The notes beneath the pieces are model-generated. The model saw only the letters and a program-made list of their open reading frames with translations. It had not been told where the DNA came from and did no database searches. This document shows, in pieces, positions 1 to 13,549 of a stretch of DNA of 64,000 nt. The DNA comes from Eutreptiella sp. 'Long Island Sound 2002' (taxonomy: Eukaryota; Protista; Euglenida): positions 28,892,001-28,956,000 of the forward strand of contig OZ038378.1 in assembly GCA_964036045.1 (NCBI GenBank), given 5' to 3'. How positions within the stretch are numbered: the stretch's first letter is position 1; every line of letters starts with the position of its first letter. The position numbers and the translations under genes were made by a program.

Positions 1-2428
1 GGGCCGGCTAGGCGCCTTTGGCTGATATCATATTCCCTCATCCACCTGACCTAACCTGATGTGATAGTGTGATAGGCTTGGCCATTCCAGCCATGAGCGG
101 CCACATTCAATACCGAGGCGCCGCCGGCTGAGATTTATATATCAAAATATCAGGAATCAACAGGGTTTTTTTATCATAATGTTTCCGTAATTTTTCAGCT
201 ATCCGTTCTGATTGTCAATGTATCGGCGACTGTCAGTTGGCTCACCATTTTGCGGTAACCAATTGGTTAACTGTTATTTCCAGATATTTTAGCGGAAACC
301 CCGATGAAGGGTCAGATGTGATCAGAAAAGGGTTCGTTGCTTCCGCAGTTTTCATGTTATACACTCGCAAAATTAATCCGATTTTTCAGACATTCAGAAT
401 CGGATTTTCGACTTTGAGGTCGCCGCACTGGATATGATGAATTTCGAGTGGTCCTACATCTTTTCCCGATCACGAATCAACCTTCCTTTTGTTGTCTCCT
501 TCATTTTTCTTGGAGATATAGGCGAAACAAAATTGATTTGTAGGGCCACTTCGAAAAGTCATATCTCCGGCTCACTGCGAGGAATTCCAATTTTGAGACT
601 TTGGTTGGAACCGCCTTGGTCTCAACTTAATTTAGGAAGCATCAAACCTCCTTGGTCTGCATACCTGCCTGTGGTATCAAAGGATCATGGTCAAGAGGGT
701 AGAAAGGGCTTTACAACTCTTGGACCATGATACCGAATATTTTAATATGGGTTTCGAGTGTACCGCACGAGTGTTGGTGTTGCAGAGAAACTTTCGTTGG
801 GTTCCTACGTATTTTTAACGTGAAGTTATGTCCATGGAGGGGCATGGCATACCATGGTGAAAGCCACTTTTAAGGGTATGTGTTATATGGATGGTATGTG
901 CTTCGCTATGCTCACGCCCATGTTATATATCTCCGTTTGTAGGAAGATATGTGGAGTCATACGTGGCAAGGGCTTTGCCCTTGTCCCAATGATGAGCTCC
1001 ATAGCGCTAGACTAAGTCTACCGCACATATAGTGCACGTGGGAAGCCTTACAGACCGACCCATAAGCCCCATTTCCGATTTTCCCATTTTCATGGTGCAT
1101 GTCGAGAGGAGGTTCGAAGGTGTCTTCATGCGTCCATTTGGGGGTCCAAGTGGGGGGATTGTTTGCAAATGGTTCCAAGCAATAGTGTGTTGAACCATAT
1201 GTTGATACCATGGGTGAGCGAAGTTATATACTATTGTTGATTACTTTGAATTTGGCAATATTTGCATGTTTTTGACCTCATTTTATGCTCATTTTTGTAT
1301 TTTATGTGCTCAACTGGTCGGCTAACAGTAAAGTGCCTAGAGATCAGTGAACTATGGTATGTTGCTTATGTGTTGGCATATGCTTCGGTGTTGCACCTCA
1401 CCATATGCCGGATCACGTGGTCACTCTGGCCTGGCACACGGGGCCTCACAAAATTGGGTCTCAAATTGGTGAGTTGACTTGTGAAGCATGGCATGTGTAT
1501 ATCCGGACGGGGTTTGGGAGCCAATGTAATAATATTCTTGGGCATCAACCTTTGGTCTATATCACCCTTGTATATTACTTTCCGGTTTGACACATGCATG
1601 GAGCATTTGAATATTTACCGTATGCATTTTTGAGTATATAATTGAATTTTGGGCACTATGGTGTGATTTGCCTAATTTTGCTATGTTGTGAGGTCATCTT
1701 CATGGGGCAAATCTCCAAGCCCAATCAACTCCAAGTCCAACCAAAGTTATGTCAGGGTAGGGCATGGTCCTGAGTGCCACTCTAGGCCATGACACACCAC
1801 CTCCCCTATTGGGCTAGGATTTAGAGGCTTGGGAGTGAACACATTTTTGGGGTTTGTGTAGTGACATTTGACACATGGCATTTAGCCATCTTATTTGACT
1901 TGGTTCAGGGCATCATGGTGGCGAGTCAAGGGAAGGTCTTGAGTCCAGGGAATGAGGGGTCTATGGCTGTGATTGTGTGTGTTTCCATCTTTCCCCAATT
2001 TTGCTTGATTTGTGTTCATATGCCAATTTCAGGGCTTCTTTGTTGATTTCGGTGCAATTCTATGTACATGCCCAACGCCCGTGTCTCTGTGTGCACCATG
2101 AGACGACCGGCATGTTGAAAGGAGTTGTTGAGTGTCAACGCGGGACCTCAAACACCCTTCGAAGCCCTCAGTGTGGATTATTTGGATTTGAGCTATTGCA
2201 CTTGGGAGTTGGTTATTGCAAGGGATCAGGATTTGTGTGAAGGAGCCATATTTTACTATTTTTTGTGGGAAATTGTGCAGGATAGGGCAAGATCATGCAG
2301 AACCTGGTGAGAAACAGGACCATAGGAGTGACAGGAAATGGTGGAAGGGGTATAGCAGGGGCCGGTCCTGGTAGGGACCTTCTTTACAGTGCTGCAAGAC
2401 CAAGTACCTGGAGAAGGAGGTCAAGCAG

Positions 2429-3224
2429 ATGGTGACGAAGTCCGCCACCTTCGCCGACGTGTTCGTTGCCTTGGAGCGGCAGTACCCGACCTACAAGACT
2501 GACCTCTCCATCAGGGCCGAGATCCAGAACCTGGGTATGCTACCCAACAACACCAAGCCTGCCAGGATCTCTGAGCTGCTGGCCGACCTGGACCACTGGG
2601 TAGGGCTGCTGACGCCCGGTTCCTACGGCAGCGACGAGCTGTTCCTCTGGTTGGTGGCCAAGCTCTCTCGAGAGCTGTGGGATGAGTGCCGGTCAAAGAC
2701 AGAGCGCAAGGCAAGAGCCCTCAATTACGAGGATCTGTTAGTGCTACTTCTGGAGCTAGCGCTGGAGAAGGAAAGCGACCAGCACCTGAACGAATGCCTA
2801 TCGTCCTGGAGGAGGGGGCTCTGGGAGCCAAGGCCGCGGATACCAAGGACACCGACCCGTACAGGCAACTCTTCCCAAAAATACTCGTATCACGAGCAAT
2901 GTCCAATATCTCTTCTGGTGTGATGCCAGAGACGAGCAGGGTTCCCTGCTTCACGCCCCTGACTGCGATCAGCGGGACTGCTTCGTGGTCCAGGGGAAGA
3001 AGCAGGAGACCAACACCGGCGGGAAGGCAAAGCTGCTGGACCACTACAAGTGTACCATCACATGTGCGTTCTGCGGGAAGAGGAAGCACTACGAGGACGA
3101 GTGCTACCATAAGCAACGCTTATCGGCGAAGCTTAAGACCGAGAACGCCAGTGGCAAGGGCTGTGGCAAGGGCAACGCCAACAAGGACAATGGCCAAGGC
3201 AAGTCCAAGGGCAACTCTAGATGA
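2429..3224 (+). pseudogene. Frameshifted gag-like remnant of an LTR-type retroelement with a CCHC zinc knuckle
   Basis: ORF 2985-3224 contains CAFCGKRKHYEDEC (C-x2-C-x4-H-x4-C) followed by a K/G-rich tail. Upstream ORF 2429-2923 is helical and gag-like. The two pieces are in different frames; no pol or LTRs were identified. Confidence 0.6.
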
Positions 3225-3573
3225 CCGTGCCTTGCAAGGTGCATGGAACATCCTCAACGGAGTTCTCAGAAGTCCGATACAAGCCGAAAAGAAGTGGGTT
3301 ATCGCTAAGAACGATATGGCCTACTACTTGAAGAACTTGAAGGAAGAAGGGGTCTGCATTCAAATGGAAGTAAATGCCCCCCAACTTGAAGAGTCAACTC
3401 GTCGTTGTCAAGAAAATGTTAAAGTTGATCCCGGGACCTATATGTCGAAGCGTACCAATGGGCGGGTCAAAAAGTAGGTAAAGCGAAACTTCTTTGTCGT
3501 AAAACTTCTTCGGTGATGTACATTCGATTGGGCATGAATTTGTCACAGACTACCTCTGCCAAGGCCGCCGAAT

Positions 3574-4605
3574 ATGACGGCGCCCCCCCCCCAAAAAAAA
3601 AGAAGAGAGAAGGCTATTTGTGTGCCTCCCGATGTCGAGTGCAAATCTGTTGTCTTCTTCGTTGCATTGCGAAGTTTAAACTTTCCAATGTTTCAGGAAA
3701 AATCAATAGCCGGTTGTAATAAGTTGATTCAAGCAACTATGTTGTTTTCCTTCTTCAAGCATGGTGAAGTTCGCGACAACTAGTATTACAATTAGCTGCG
3801 TAGGTACAATGAGAGGCTCGGTACCGCAGCAGCAAAGCCTTTGGAGGTGGATAGCGAAAAATGGACCACTCCAAAGAATGTTGGCAACCACTACCAAATC
3901 TTAGAACAAACATTTTTTTATTCGGGCTTTGCTTTCAAGAATGCTACTTACTCGGCAGATGAACATCTTAGTGAATCTATCAAGTTCCATCTTTCGACTT
4001 TGGGTCGAACTGTTTCATTCGATGAAACCCGATTCCAATTAGACATGACGGAGGGAGACAAAAACACATCGACAACCATTGCCAAGGAGCTGTCCGACAA
4101 AGGGCAAACTCATGCTCTTAGGGCGGGTGACTCCGCCATTGTTGTAGGAGGTAGTGTTACCAATGGCTTTGCCCCACCAGCACACATTATCGTTGCCGTT
4201 GAGCGCATTCAAGTCACTTGGACTCGGATTGCACCAAATTCGGACATCGTTGATGTCAGCAAGGACCTCCCTCTTATGTCTGCAGCCCCTTTACCATGTA
4301 GCACCACCGGCACCATGAAACATGATGATGGGGCCATCCAATACCTTAAGTTGAACATCCTTCCTTCGTTTCAAGGATCCCACGCCGTTTCGCTGTCAAA
4401 TTCCATTGTATTGATTTGTGGTGTGCACGCCTCTAACATGACATATGTGTTTCTCATTTTTTGTCACCAAATGAGCGTTGTGTTGGTGTTGCGGCCCCTT
4501 TACACGATCGCCGCCTGGCAGGGTGGGGATCGTCGTAATTTCAGGCTAGTAAAGGGAGGTTGGAGGGTTGCACGGCATAAGAAGTTGGCAGAATCCATCG
4601 CGTAA
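3574..4605 (+). pseudogene. Possible pogo/Tigger-like (Tc1-mariner superfamily) DDE transposase remnant
   Basis: KWTTPKNVGNHYQILEQ ... TVSFDETRF ... VGGSVTNGFAPPAHII resembles the pogo DDE_1 pattern (R..TPE.V..W...L; N.DET.F; G...PP.II). The later catalytic residues and TIRs were not found. Confidence 0.4.
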
Positions 4606-4671
4606 GAAAGGTACCTGACGGGCTTTCAGCACTTTTGCAACTACCTGTGTGCTCCATGGCAAGAGGGTGTA

Positions 4672-4812
4672 ACACCATAATCAAGTACACCAATATCCCA
4701 ACATGAAATCGCAATAGCTCAGACTATCTACAATACATCGCAAACAGGACGAATCATCAATGTGCGCACGCAGAAATCTACGGCGCCGGGAAATGCGCCT
4801 GTGACCTCCTGC
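4672..4812. repeat. Dispersed repeat, copy 1 (copy 2 at about 6365-6475)
   Basis: aacatgaaatcgcaatagctcagactatctacaatacatcgcaaacaggac...gaaatgcgcc.gtgacc.cctgca occurs near-identically at both loci in direct orientation. Confidence 0.85.
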
Positions 4813-6801
4813 ACTCCCCTCCTAGGCCATTTAAGGCCGGAAAATTGGACGTGGAGGCACAGGCCTTGTATATATGATCTAGTGTACAACGGGGTGTTCC
4901 CCTGAACCACTCTTTTGAGGCCATGGTCCACCTACCTTCTTTCGGGTTTTACCTACAACCTGAGTGGGGTACTAGCACCCAAAACTATGCAGAAAATGGG
5001 CTCATTCCAATTATTGTACAGAGGCAACTTCAGAGTTGACCTAAGGGTGTTTTTAGTGTCTTTGCCTGCACCAAAGGGTGTGGTGGCCTGGGGTGAGGTG
5101 AAAACAAATCTATAAACTGCTTGGGGCTTTTGGGGACGCCACTACAGTGCACCATATGATCAAAACTGTGAAAAGCGCTTATCTTTTTGATATATAAAAC
5201 CTTGCCTTCAAATTTCGAAAAGACCACAGTGTTCTCCAATGTTTGTTTCCCTCCTTGGGTTTGAAACTTCCTGCCGTTTTGCATTAAAAAATTTCAAAAC
5301 TTCAAAAACAGCAGGCATTCACACACACACACCGTGCATTCAAACGAGTGAAACCTCAGTGCATGCGGTCCCAAACAAGTCCACACACCTGAAGAAGCGC
5401 CGCCTAAGGAGTGGCAATGTCATCAATTGCAATGTAGAAAACAAAGCTGCCGGACAGACATATATACACACTAGCAGCGTCGACGTGGTCGTCAAACAAA
5501 ATAAAAACAGTAACTCTGACAAGGCCTCACAGAACTAAGGCCATGGAAAGCATCCAGTATGAGCGACAGCAACAAATTGAGGAAAAAGACAAAACAAAAG
5601 CAAAGGTGCACATGCTGGCACCAAGTACAAAGCAAAGAAACACTCAACTGAGGCCACTGGGGCCCAGTAACTAAGTCAATTTTGCATTCAAGTCATTTGA
5701 GGCAGATTCAAGCAGTGCCTAAGCAAATCTTAGTGGGGTTCCTTCAGGGCAAAGCCCGGGTGGTTTTCCCCTCTGCCCTGCGCGAGCATGGCAACAAAGA
5801 GGCGTCAAGAAGCTGTTCCACAGCACTTGCACTGTACGCCTTCATGAGGAGTTTAATCTGGCGGCACCAAGCTCTAGTTGCGCAGTTTGAGTAGACTCCA
5901 AGCGACGCGCATCTCCAGCGAAAGGCGCTCGCGTGCTGCTCACTGGCACTGGACTCCTCAAGTTGCCATATCGCTGCTCTCGTTGCGCAAACTTATCTTC
6001 TATGCGCTCCCGTCGGATTCTGGCAGTGTCAGACTGATCTGCTTGAAAGCTGACTCGGTCTCCAATGCTCTCCCACCACACTCGTGAATTACGGACCGAC
6101 TCATCCAGCAGAATAGCACGGCCTATTGGCTGCATGCACGAGAAGCAACAAGACCACACCGGCTGCAGGTCGCAAAATGTTGCGAAACACGCTCTTATGG
6201 TACACCGACACCCATAGATGGCAGAATCCCAACGTGACGATGCTACCATGTACCACTATGATCAAGTACACCAATATCCCAATACGACTAACAGAGCACA
6301 ACTCATCATAGTGTCATATAACTAAACCGTGTAGTACAAAACACAATACTATGCTACAATAAAACATGAAATCGCAATAGCTCAGACTATCTACAATACA
6401 TCGCAAACAGGACAAATCATCAATGTGCGCGCAGAAATCTGCGGCGCCGAGAAATGCGCCCGTGACCCCCTGCAGAGGGCTTTTCAATTGACAATGATCA
6501 TAGGGCTACAGAAAGTCTGTAGGACTAGCCCCTGCCACTGTACGAGCTCTACCGCCTATAACCGAATTCTCCACCCTGTTCCCCGCGAGTCCCATTCTCG
6601 TTGACCTCACCAGTGTTTCCATATTTTATAAAATCTAAATATATCCGGTACCTACACCCCTTGGCAACCCTTGAAATAAGAACCAAACACTTGATCAATG
6701 AATTCAACTCACCAATGGAGTCCAAACATTCGATCAGGATCACTAAATTGACTTGAATGCCCTCACATCAACACATAGACATGATCATGGAGAGAGAATA
6801 A

Positions 6802-6960
6802 ATAATGACAATGTTGGGCAAGGGGAGAGGAACAAACACAAGTAGAAGTGAGGCAGAAATGAAGCTCCGGAATAAGATATGCGAGTATCGAAGACGATGT
6901 TGCATCCCTACTGCAGGCATCGATTTGATATACGATGCACATTCGAACTATGCGTTCCTT
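6802..6960. repeat. Diverged dispersed repeat (second copy about 7836-7982)
   Basis: Shared blocks ataatgacaatgt.gggcaa, tatcgaagacgatgttgcatccctact and cgaactatgcgttcc. Confidence 0.8.
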
Positions 6961-9036
6961 TACGGAAATATGATGCCATGCTAGCACAACCTCGATTCGA
7001 CACATTGAGAAAATGACATCGACTCATGGGATCATGCAGGGATAGTGACACAACTGTCGCGTGTGGGTCGATATGATTGCGAGAAGAAAATTCTTCTTTG
7101 CACACGATGACTATCTGCACTAATTCGCACGGAAAACTCGCCCGCAAGTATGCAACACAGTTTGTGGGTCCCGGATGGCCGGATGGGGCGTTGCAACTTT
7201 TCTGTTGCAGGCAGGGTTGACAGCCGTAAACAATGTGTTGCAGAGTTGCATTCTCACTTGCCTAGGTCACCCACAGTAAAGAACAGCCGTGCCACCTTGA
7301 CATGGGAGTCCACCACTATTTGGTCCGCACTCAACGACGAGGTCCCCGTCTGCGCTGGTGATTGTGCCGACCGAGATGCATAGAGAATGCTTTGGAGTCC
7401 GCTAACGAATACCAAGCTTTTCCCCGTCACCGAGACGGTTTTGCCACGAATCCCGCTTGCGACGACGAGCCTTGCCACAGCGCGACCACTGCTCAAGCCA
7501 AACGCTCTCATCGAAGTGACACTTGGAGGACTGCGCTTCCCCGACGCAAGCTTCGAAATTTTTGCCATCAGCGCCGCCGCTATGCACAAGTCCTACAAGG
7601 GGAGTACGTCCGTTCCTCATTTGCATGTGAAAGTCATGCCGAGCTCTGACGCCTCCACGCCAGCTTTGCCCATGATGTCCCCTCGACGATGACTCCTACA
7701 GCCTCTCATGCCCAGCAAAAGAAAGCTTCGGACGGCTGCTCTTTTACTCCTGAGGCCACCAGTGGAGCCTCAATGCCACCGGGGTATGTGTGTGACTACC
7801 AGATAAATGGACATGTTAGCTCAAGAGTCCAACCATAATGACAATGTCGGGCAAAGGGAAACACAAGGGAAGCAGAAGTGAAGATGAAGCTCTGAAATAA
7901 GATGTGCGATTATCGAAGACGATGTTGCATCCCTACTCCAGGAATCGATTTCTTTACCATGCACACTCGAACTATGCGTTCCATTATGGACATATGACGC
8001 CATTCCAACACAGTCTCGATACAACGGCTTGAGAAAACACATTGATTCACCGAAGATCATGCATGATGCAGTGACGTCAATACGGTCCATTTTGTGTATA
8101 GCAAACTCAAAGAAAATCATATACGACATAATGGTATCATTGGGTTCCGCATAAAGCTTGGGCACACATGGCCCATCCTCACCCTTGCCCGCAAGACGGT
8201 AAAATGGAATAAGCAACATGGGTTCCAAACATGAGAAACTTTGTCAACGTGGATCAAGCACGACACCATGGCCTCCATGAACACAAAGTACGGCATGGCC
8301 ACAGACATGACTTGTCCACCCTCATGAGTCACCAATGTGCACAATTGAGGAACTTGCAATGAGGATCACTAAACGGGAATCGGCAGAGTGACCTCAGGGC
8401 AATGGCAACACTACCTGACACTTGGCATGTGTGAGACATGTATCATCATGATGGCAATGCCTCAGTACTTCACACCGGACGTCGGGTGCCTAACACTTAG
8501 CAATATCATACACAATGGCCAACAAGTGAATAAGTTTGGCGGGTTTACTTTCTGCTTGCAAACAAGACATTAAAAAAGGCCAGCCCACCAAACCTCACAT
8601 GTTTCGTGTATGCTACATACAAATTACTGGGCTCCCTACGGTTAGAGTGTCGCAAACCAAAGACATGAATAGAGAACGCAACACACAACATATGTCTCAT
8701 GCCCCCACATGCGCGGACATGCCACTCGGTCGCATCACTTGGTGCGTAATTGCTTGGGACCCGATGGCATAGGTAAACACAATCGTCATGTGCATTAGAA
8801 ACAATCCACACATGGACATGTGACATCAATATTGCCCATTTGCATGTTCGTGTGACACGAAACCAATTCAATGCATGCTACTTGGAGAGAGATTGGGTAA
8901 GAAGATGCGCCGGGTAACATGTACCGACCTATACGTGGCACGCAGAGTGAGTGCACAAAGAGAGATATCCCGGGTCCAATGAGAGCACATCCATGGTGAG
9001 ATCGTCCCATCGCAAAGCGAAGTAGTCCTGCCTCGG

Positions 9037-9190
9037 GGAGAGAGAGGGTCCCGCCCCAATCGATGCCCGGAGAGAGAAACCCTCGCCAATCTATGCCCTA
9101 GGTGAGAGAACCTAACCAATCCATGGCCGAAGAGATAACCTAACCAATCCATGGCCCAGGAGAGAGAACCTCACCAAAACCCAATCCCGA
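9037..9190. repeat. Imperfect ~30-bp tandem repeat (about 5 units)
   Basis: Units resemble gagagaacctaaccaatccatggccc. Confidence 0.7.
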
Positions 9191-11185
9191 AAGCATGCAC
9201 ATAGAGAGAGAGTTTCGCCTAACCATGACCCAGGAGAGCTTTCATGCACTTGGAGTGAGAATTCACAACTCTAATCGAGGATTATCCCTGTACCCAATTG
9301 CCAAACCAAATGAACTCATGCCCTACTGATGCATATGGGACCTTGCCCTCATATGTAGACAGAATTTTAATAGGTAAAAGTATCTCCGTGGAAGCCAAGA
9401 AAGCTCAAAGAGATCGCTGACACTCGAGTGTAGGTGCCAGCTGGCGCATAGTAGCAGGAAATAGCTCCGGCTTGGCCTGGAAATAGCTATTTTGGTGACT
9501 TTTTTAGGGTTTTTTTTTGGTTTCTAATGTATTTGAAGGTTCATTGAACCTTTAAAGTACTCAGAACTGCCGGCGCGGCAGCGGGCGCCAGTCGCCGCCA
9601 TCATTGTTATGACATCATTTTCTTGATGAAAAACGTCGTGAATGTCCAGAAAAGCTACAGAAAAGTTGTTGTTATATCAAATTTTAATGAATTATGATGA
9701 ATTTTTAATGTATTTTATGGCATTTTTCATGAAAATGCACTACGTTGCCAATTTTCTCCCGGCGGTCTGCAGCGACGGCCTCTCCCCCCCCTATGGGGGA
9801 TATTAAGTATATGCCTGGGTTTTCAAGAAAAATATCATATGGCGCCAGATTGCCCTAAGGCCCCTCGGCTGGTGCATGGGGGGAGACCCATGTTTCAAGT
9901 TTTAACCTTGTTTTTAACATGTTTTTGACTTTTTTCGACTGGTTTGACCCTGTTATGACCCAAGACTGACTCAGACCTGTTGACCATAGGAAAGTTCTTG
10001 TCGACGACACTCGTCGGCGACCTGAATCACAGGTTGCAAGGCCCGTGGTACCCTGTTTTAGTGCAATTTTTACTAAAAATCTAACCTAAAGATATGGTTT
10101 GGTACTTAGGTATGTTTACATGTCTATTAACTCAGTCTATTGCCTTGTTTGCCCTCTCTTCCTTTCATAAAACACCAGATTGTGTCATGGGGCGAGCAAA
10201 GCCCCGTTACAACAATTTGTCAAAGCGTGGTATTACGGGTTCTCTTGTGCGTGCTTGCTCTCTCAATGACTCCAAAAGGAGTACAAAAATGGGTTTAAAA
10301 TACACAAATTTTGATGACAAAAATGGAGTCCAAAATCAAGCTCTTCACCCACATAGAGGCAAGTTGGACATCCAAGATCCAAAGGCGTACCAATACGCGT
10401 TAAATCTGTTCTAGAGTCGATGCAGCTCTGAAGGAGGACTTGGAGTTCTTTGTGTTCTTCAAAGTATGTGGACCCTTGGCACAAAGAAAGAGCCAATCCA
10501 AGGAGCTCAAGTCCTTCACCAAGCTCAAGATTGGACTGCAGTTCAACCAGTCGACGGCCTGGCGTGGCCTGGGAAGGCCTGGAGCGACATTACAACCAGG
10601 TATGTCCTCCACAACCTCCACCTCCTCCTCACGAACTTGGACTGAGGAGCATCATCAAGAACTTCAAGAAAATCAAGCAATTGATCATGAACAAGACAAT
10701 GAGGCTTGGTGGACCTCTTACTCTGGATCAGAAGCGGCGGAGATCGCGGAATATTTTGCGACAAGTTCGTCAGCAACGTCCAGCGACGAATATGGGCCAG
10801 AGACCAGCCCAATTAAATGGTGTTTGTTGGGGACCCCCGAGAACGCAGGGGTACATGCTCGCGTTGTGGGCACGTGGTGCGCGCAGAGATTTTTTTTTTT
10901 AAAGAAAGACGTAGTGCACGTGTTGCGGATAGCCCCCCCCCCCCTTGCTCCTCCAAGGGTTTTCAAAGCGTACATCAACTCCGTCCTGAAAACAAGCATG
11001 ATTTGGCCTGGGTGGGGCGCCATTGGCAACAGTGGCCGGGAATTGACTCAGGGGTGCTATGCCCTTAAACAAAAGTACCACGTACCATGCCCCCTCCCCC
11101 CATCTTTCGAAAATTCTTTCATCCCACCATGCACCCTCAAAATGATCAGCACAACGAGGCGGTCATTTTAAACCATATATGTTGG

Positions 11186-11310
11186 GGTCCGGGAGGCTAC
11201 ATAACCCCTGCCTTCTCAGGGGCCTACAAGTGGGTACGTAACCCTACGTAACCCCTGCGTTCTCGGGGTCCCCAACAAAAGGGACAAAATCAGAAGTGGC
11301 TACATAACCC
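11186..11310. repeat. Solo copy of the caaaatcagaagtgg/acccctgc motif found near the ends of the hAT elements
   Basis: ggctacataacccctgccttctc and caaaatcagaagtggctacataacc match the motifs in the 85-bp satellite (19783-20418) and at about 23400-23530. Confidence 0.7.
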
Positions 11311-12223
11311 TGTCTTTGCAAAGTAGTTTCATGATGACCCGTGGAGAAAAAAGGTAAAAAAACAGCTCCACCACATTTTCCCGAGCGGCAGGTATTTGCC
11401 AACCCCGGGAACTGAACCCAGGACCTTTCAGATGCAGGTGGAGTGTTCCACCAACTAGGATACTAGGCATCTCTGATGAACCATTGGTCAGAGATGGGAT
11501 AATCATTTTGGGTTGACTGGAAACATGCCCATTTCTGTCCATTATTGATTTCTCCTGAAAATTCCGAGTAGATGGAGCATAAACACATGGGGTGAAAACA
11601 CATTTTTTCACAGTCTTTTTCACCCTCATCCAGCAAAATTTCCTGAGGCCGCCTTTGGCGCCCATGGTCCAGCACTTCCAATTTCCAGGCAGAGGGGGGG
11701 AAGGGGTCAGCGTCAAGGGCCCGGGCCTGGCAGCCCCCCTGTGGGTTGATTAATGGGGGGTGAGGGGGAGGGGGTTTGGCACAAGGCCAAAGTGGGGCTT
11801 CAATTGGTCGGTAGGCTGAGCTGGATGTCCCCGCCATAGACACTTCCAGCCATTGTTCTTCAGCAAGTTCACAGCAGTGCGTCCGGGTTTTTGCTAGGCG
11901 ACTGTCCCGAGTGGGGGGGGGGGGGTGTTGTGGGGGGGTCCCAAGGCACCAAGGGTCATAATCAATTTCGCAGAAAAGCTCAAGTTCAAACAGAACGTAC
12001 AGCAAGCTGTCTGCAATGAAAAGAGGCCGTGTCTGTTGCAGAATGCTGCAGTGAGTTGCTTGGTAATTGGTGCTTGCATTGCAAAGGGAAGCGGATATGA
12101 CAGAGCCGGTACTTGCCAAAAGCAGTTGATGCACCTCCCAGTCCTTCTGCCAAACCATTGCACCAATAGGGGAAAGGGATCCAATAACACAGCACATTGA
12201 CAGACCCCAGCCCCGAATGGGCC

Positions 12224-13549
12224 TCATGCCGCCCACATCCCCTGCGCAGCACCACCCACACCACCCAAAGCATAGATCCCAGCGCCAATCAGCCCAGACC
12301 CATGCGGGCCCGGGGGCAACACCGTAACAGCCCCCAAGCCGTCAACAGTCCTTTCCCTGGCCTCCCGGCGTTTGGAGCCCCGTGCCTTTTTGCTGTTCGG
12401 ACCGCCAGCCAGAATGGACCCACCGTCCGCAACTTCTGGAGGCAACGGCTGCAGCAATGCGGTCCCGGGTTGCAGCAACGTCTGCTGCAACAGAGGCCAG
12501 TTCGTGTCCACAACGCCCCCACAGAAGCAGAGGTACCGCACCCCGTGCAGCCGGTTCCGGAACTGTGGGAGGAAGAGAGTGTGCAGGAAGTGCAGCCACT
12601 GCTGCCCAAACGCCTCCACAGCCGGCGCCCGCTCCGCCCCCGTGGAGGCTTCAGCAGACGCCCCGGTAGGAGGGCTGGCGCACTGGAACGCGGCCTCTGC
12701 CAGCTCCATCCCACGCGCCCCAAGCACAAGGCTTGTCCACGGCGTGCTCCATGGCTTGCCCTCCCCAGCGAAGTCCCTAGCCCGAACACCCTTGGCTGCT
12801 GCACTCGCTAGGCCCGGCCACTGCCGCCAGACCCCACCGTACACATCGTTGGGCACTGCGGCGCCGCGCAGGAGGTGGCTGCGGGCTCCGTTGGGGGTGG
12901 CCGGGTCTACGACTGCACCCTCCCCATCACTGAGTCCGAAGCCCACACCGGTCCCGATCGCAAAGCATGCCACCTGCCCCAGCGGCACAACACCGCGCCC
13001 ACACCCGACAAGGTGTGCAGTCCCATCGTTCAGCACAAATGTGCGGCACTGCGGCAGCCCCATGAGGCTGGCCACAGTCGGGGAGGGGCGCTCCCGGCCC
13101 CACTGCTGCGGGTGCCCCCCGCCGCACCACCAGTCGTGGAGGATGCCTGTGCTGTGCTCCACCCCCCCAGCCACTGACACCCCGAAGACCACCTTGGCGT
13201 CCTGCACCTCCGTGCGCAGCGCCGGGAGCGTCTGCATGAGCCACTCTGCGAAGCCCTCCTGCCCCGGCGCAGCACCAAGGGTGTGCGGAGGGTCGATCCA
13301 TTCCATTTGGGCCGGGTCCTCTGGAAGGGCCTCCGTTGGGTCCAGGGGGCACGGCTGTGTCCCAAGGAACTGGCGGAGGGAAGATGCGGCAAAGAGGGCG
13401 GTCTTGACGCCTGAGCCCCCAACATCGAACACGCGCACCTTCCGCTTGGGGTCCTGCATCTGCTTTTGAACGGCATCAGCGAACTGGCGGAGGGACGTAT
13501 GGTCAACACCCCCTTTGGCTTTGGGCTGGTCCACACCACGTTTGCCCAT
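12224..13549 (-). CDS. ROK-family (actin/hexokinase fold) sugar kinase, polyphosphate-glucokinase-like; single 441-aa ORF
   Basis: Motifs FDVGGSGVKTA (phosphate 1), LNDGTAH, AIGTGVGFG (phosphate 2) and CGGVV; uninterrupted GC-rich ORF. A pyrimidine-rich AG acceptor (gccgtag|GCC CTG ATG) lies in frame just upstream, so the true start may be in an upstream exon or follow a trans-spliced leader. Confidence 0.8.
   Translation of the reverse strand: MGKRGVDQPKAKGGVDHTSLRQFADAVQKQMQDPKRKVRVFDVGGSGVKTALFAASSLRQFLGTQPCPLDPTEALPEDPAQMEWIDPPHTLGAAPGQEGFAEWLMQTLPALRTEVQDAKVVFGVSVAGGVEHSTGILHDWWCGGGHPQQWGRERPSPTVASLMGLPQCRTFVLNDGTAHLVGCGRGVVPLGQVACFAIGTGVGFGLSDGEGAVVDPATPNGARSHLLRGAAVPNDVYGGVWRQWPGLASAAAKGVRARDFAGEGKPWSTPWTSLVLGARGMELAEAAFQCASPPTGASAEASTGAERAPAVEAFGQQWLHFLHTLFLPQFRNRLHGVRYLCFCGGVVDTNWPLLQQTLLQPGTALLQPLPPEVADGGSILAGGPNSKKARGSKRREARERTVDGLGAVTVLPPGPHGSGLIGAGIYALGGVGGAAQGMWAA

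Noticed and set aside
1021-1130. Kinase Gly-loop-like KIGNGAYGSVCKA on the minus strand
   Set aside because: Single short motif with no downstream VAIK/HRD/DFG exons found; chance match or tiny remnant.
2125-2310. PQTPFEALSVDY resembling the start of an LTR integrase core
   Set aside because: No HHCC in frame and no further D/E residues, and it lies upstream of gag, which is the wrong order.
12372-13469. 365-aa plus-strand ORF and other overlapping ORFs
   Set aside because: Antisense shadows of the GC-rich ROK gene.
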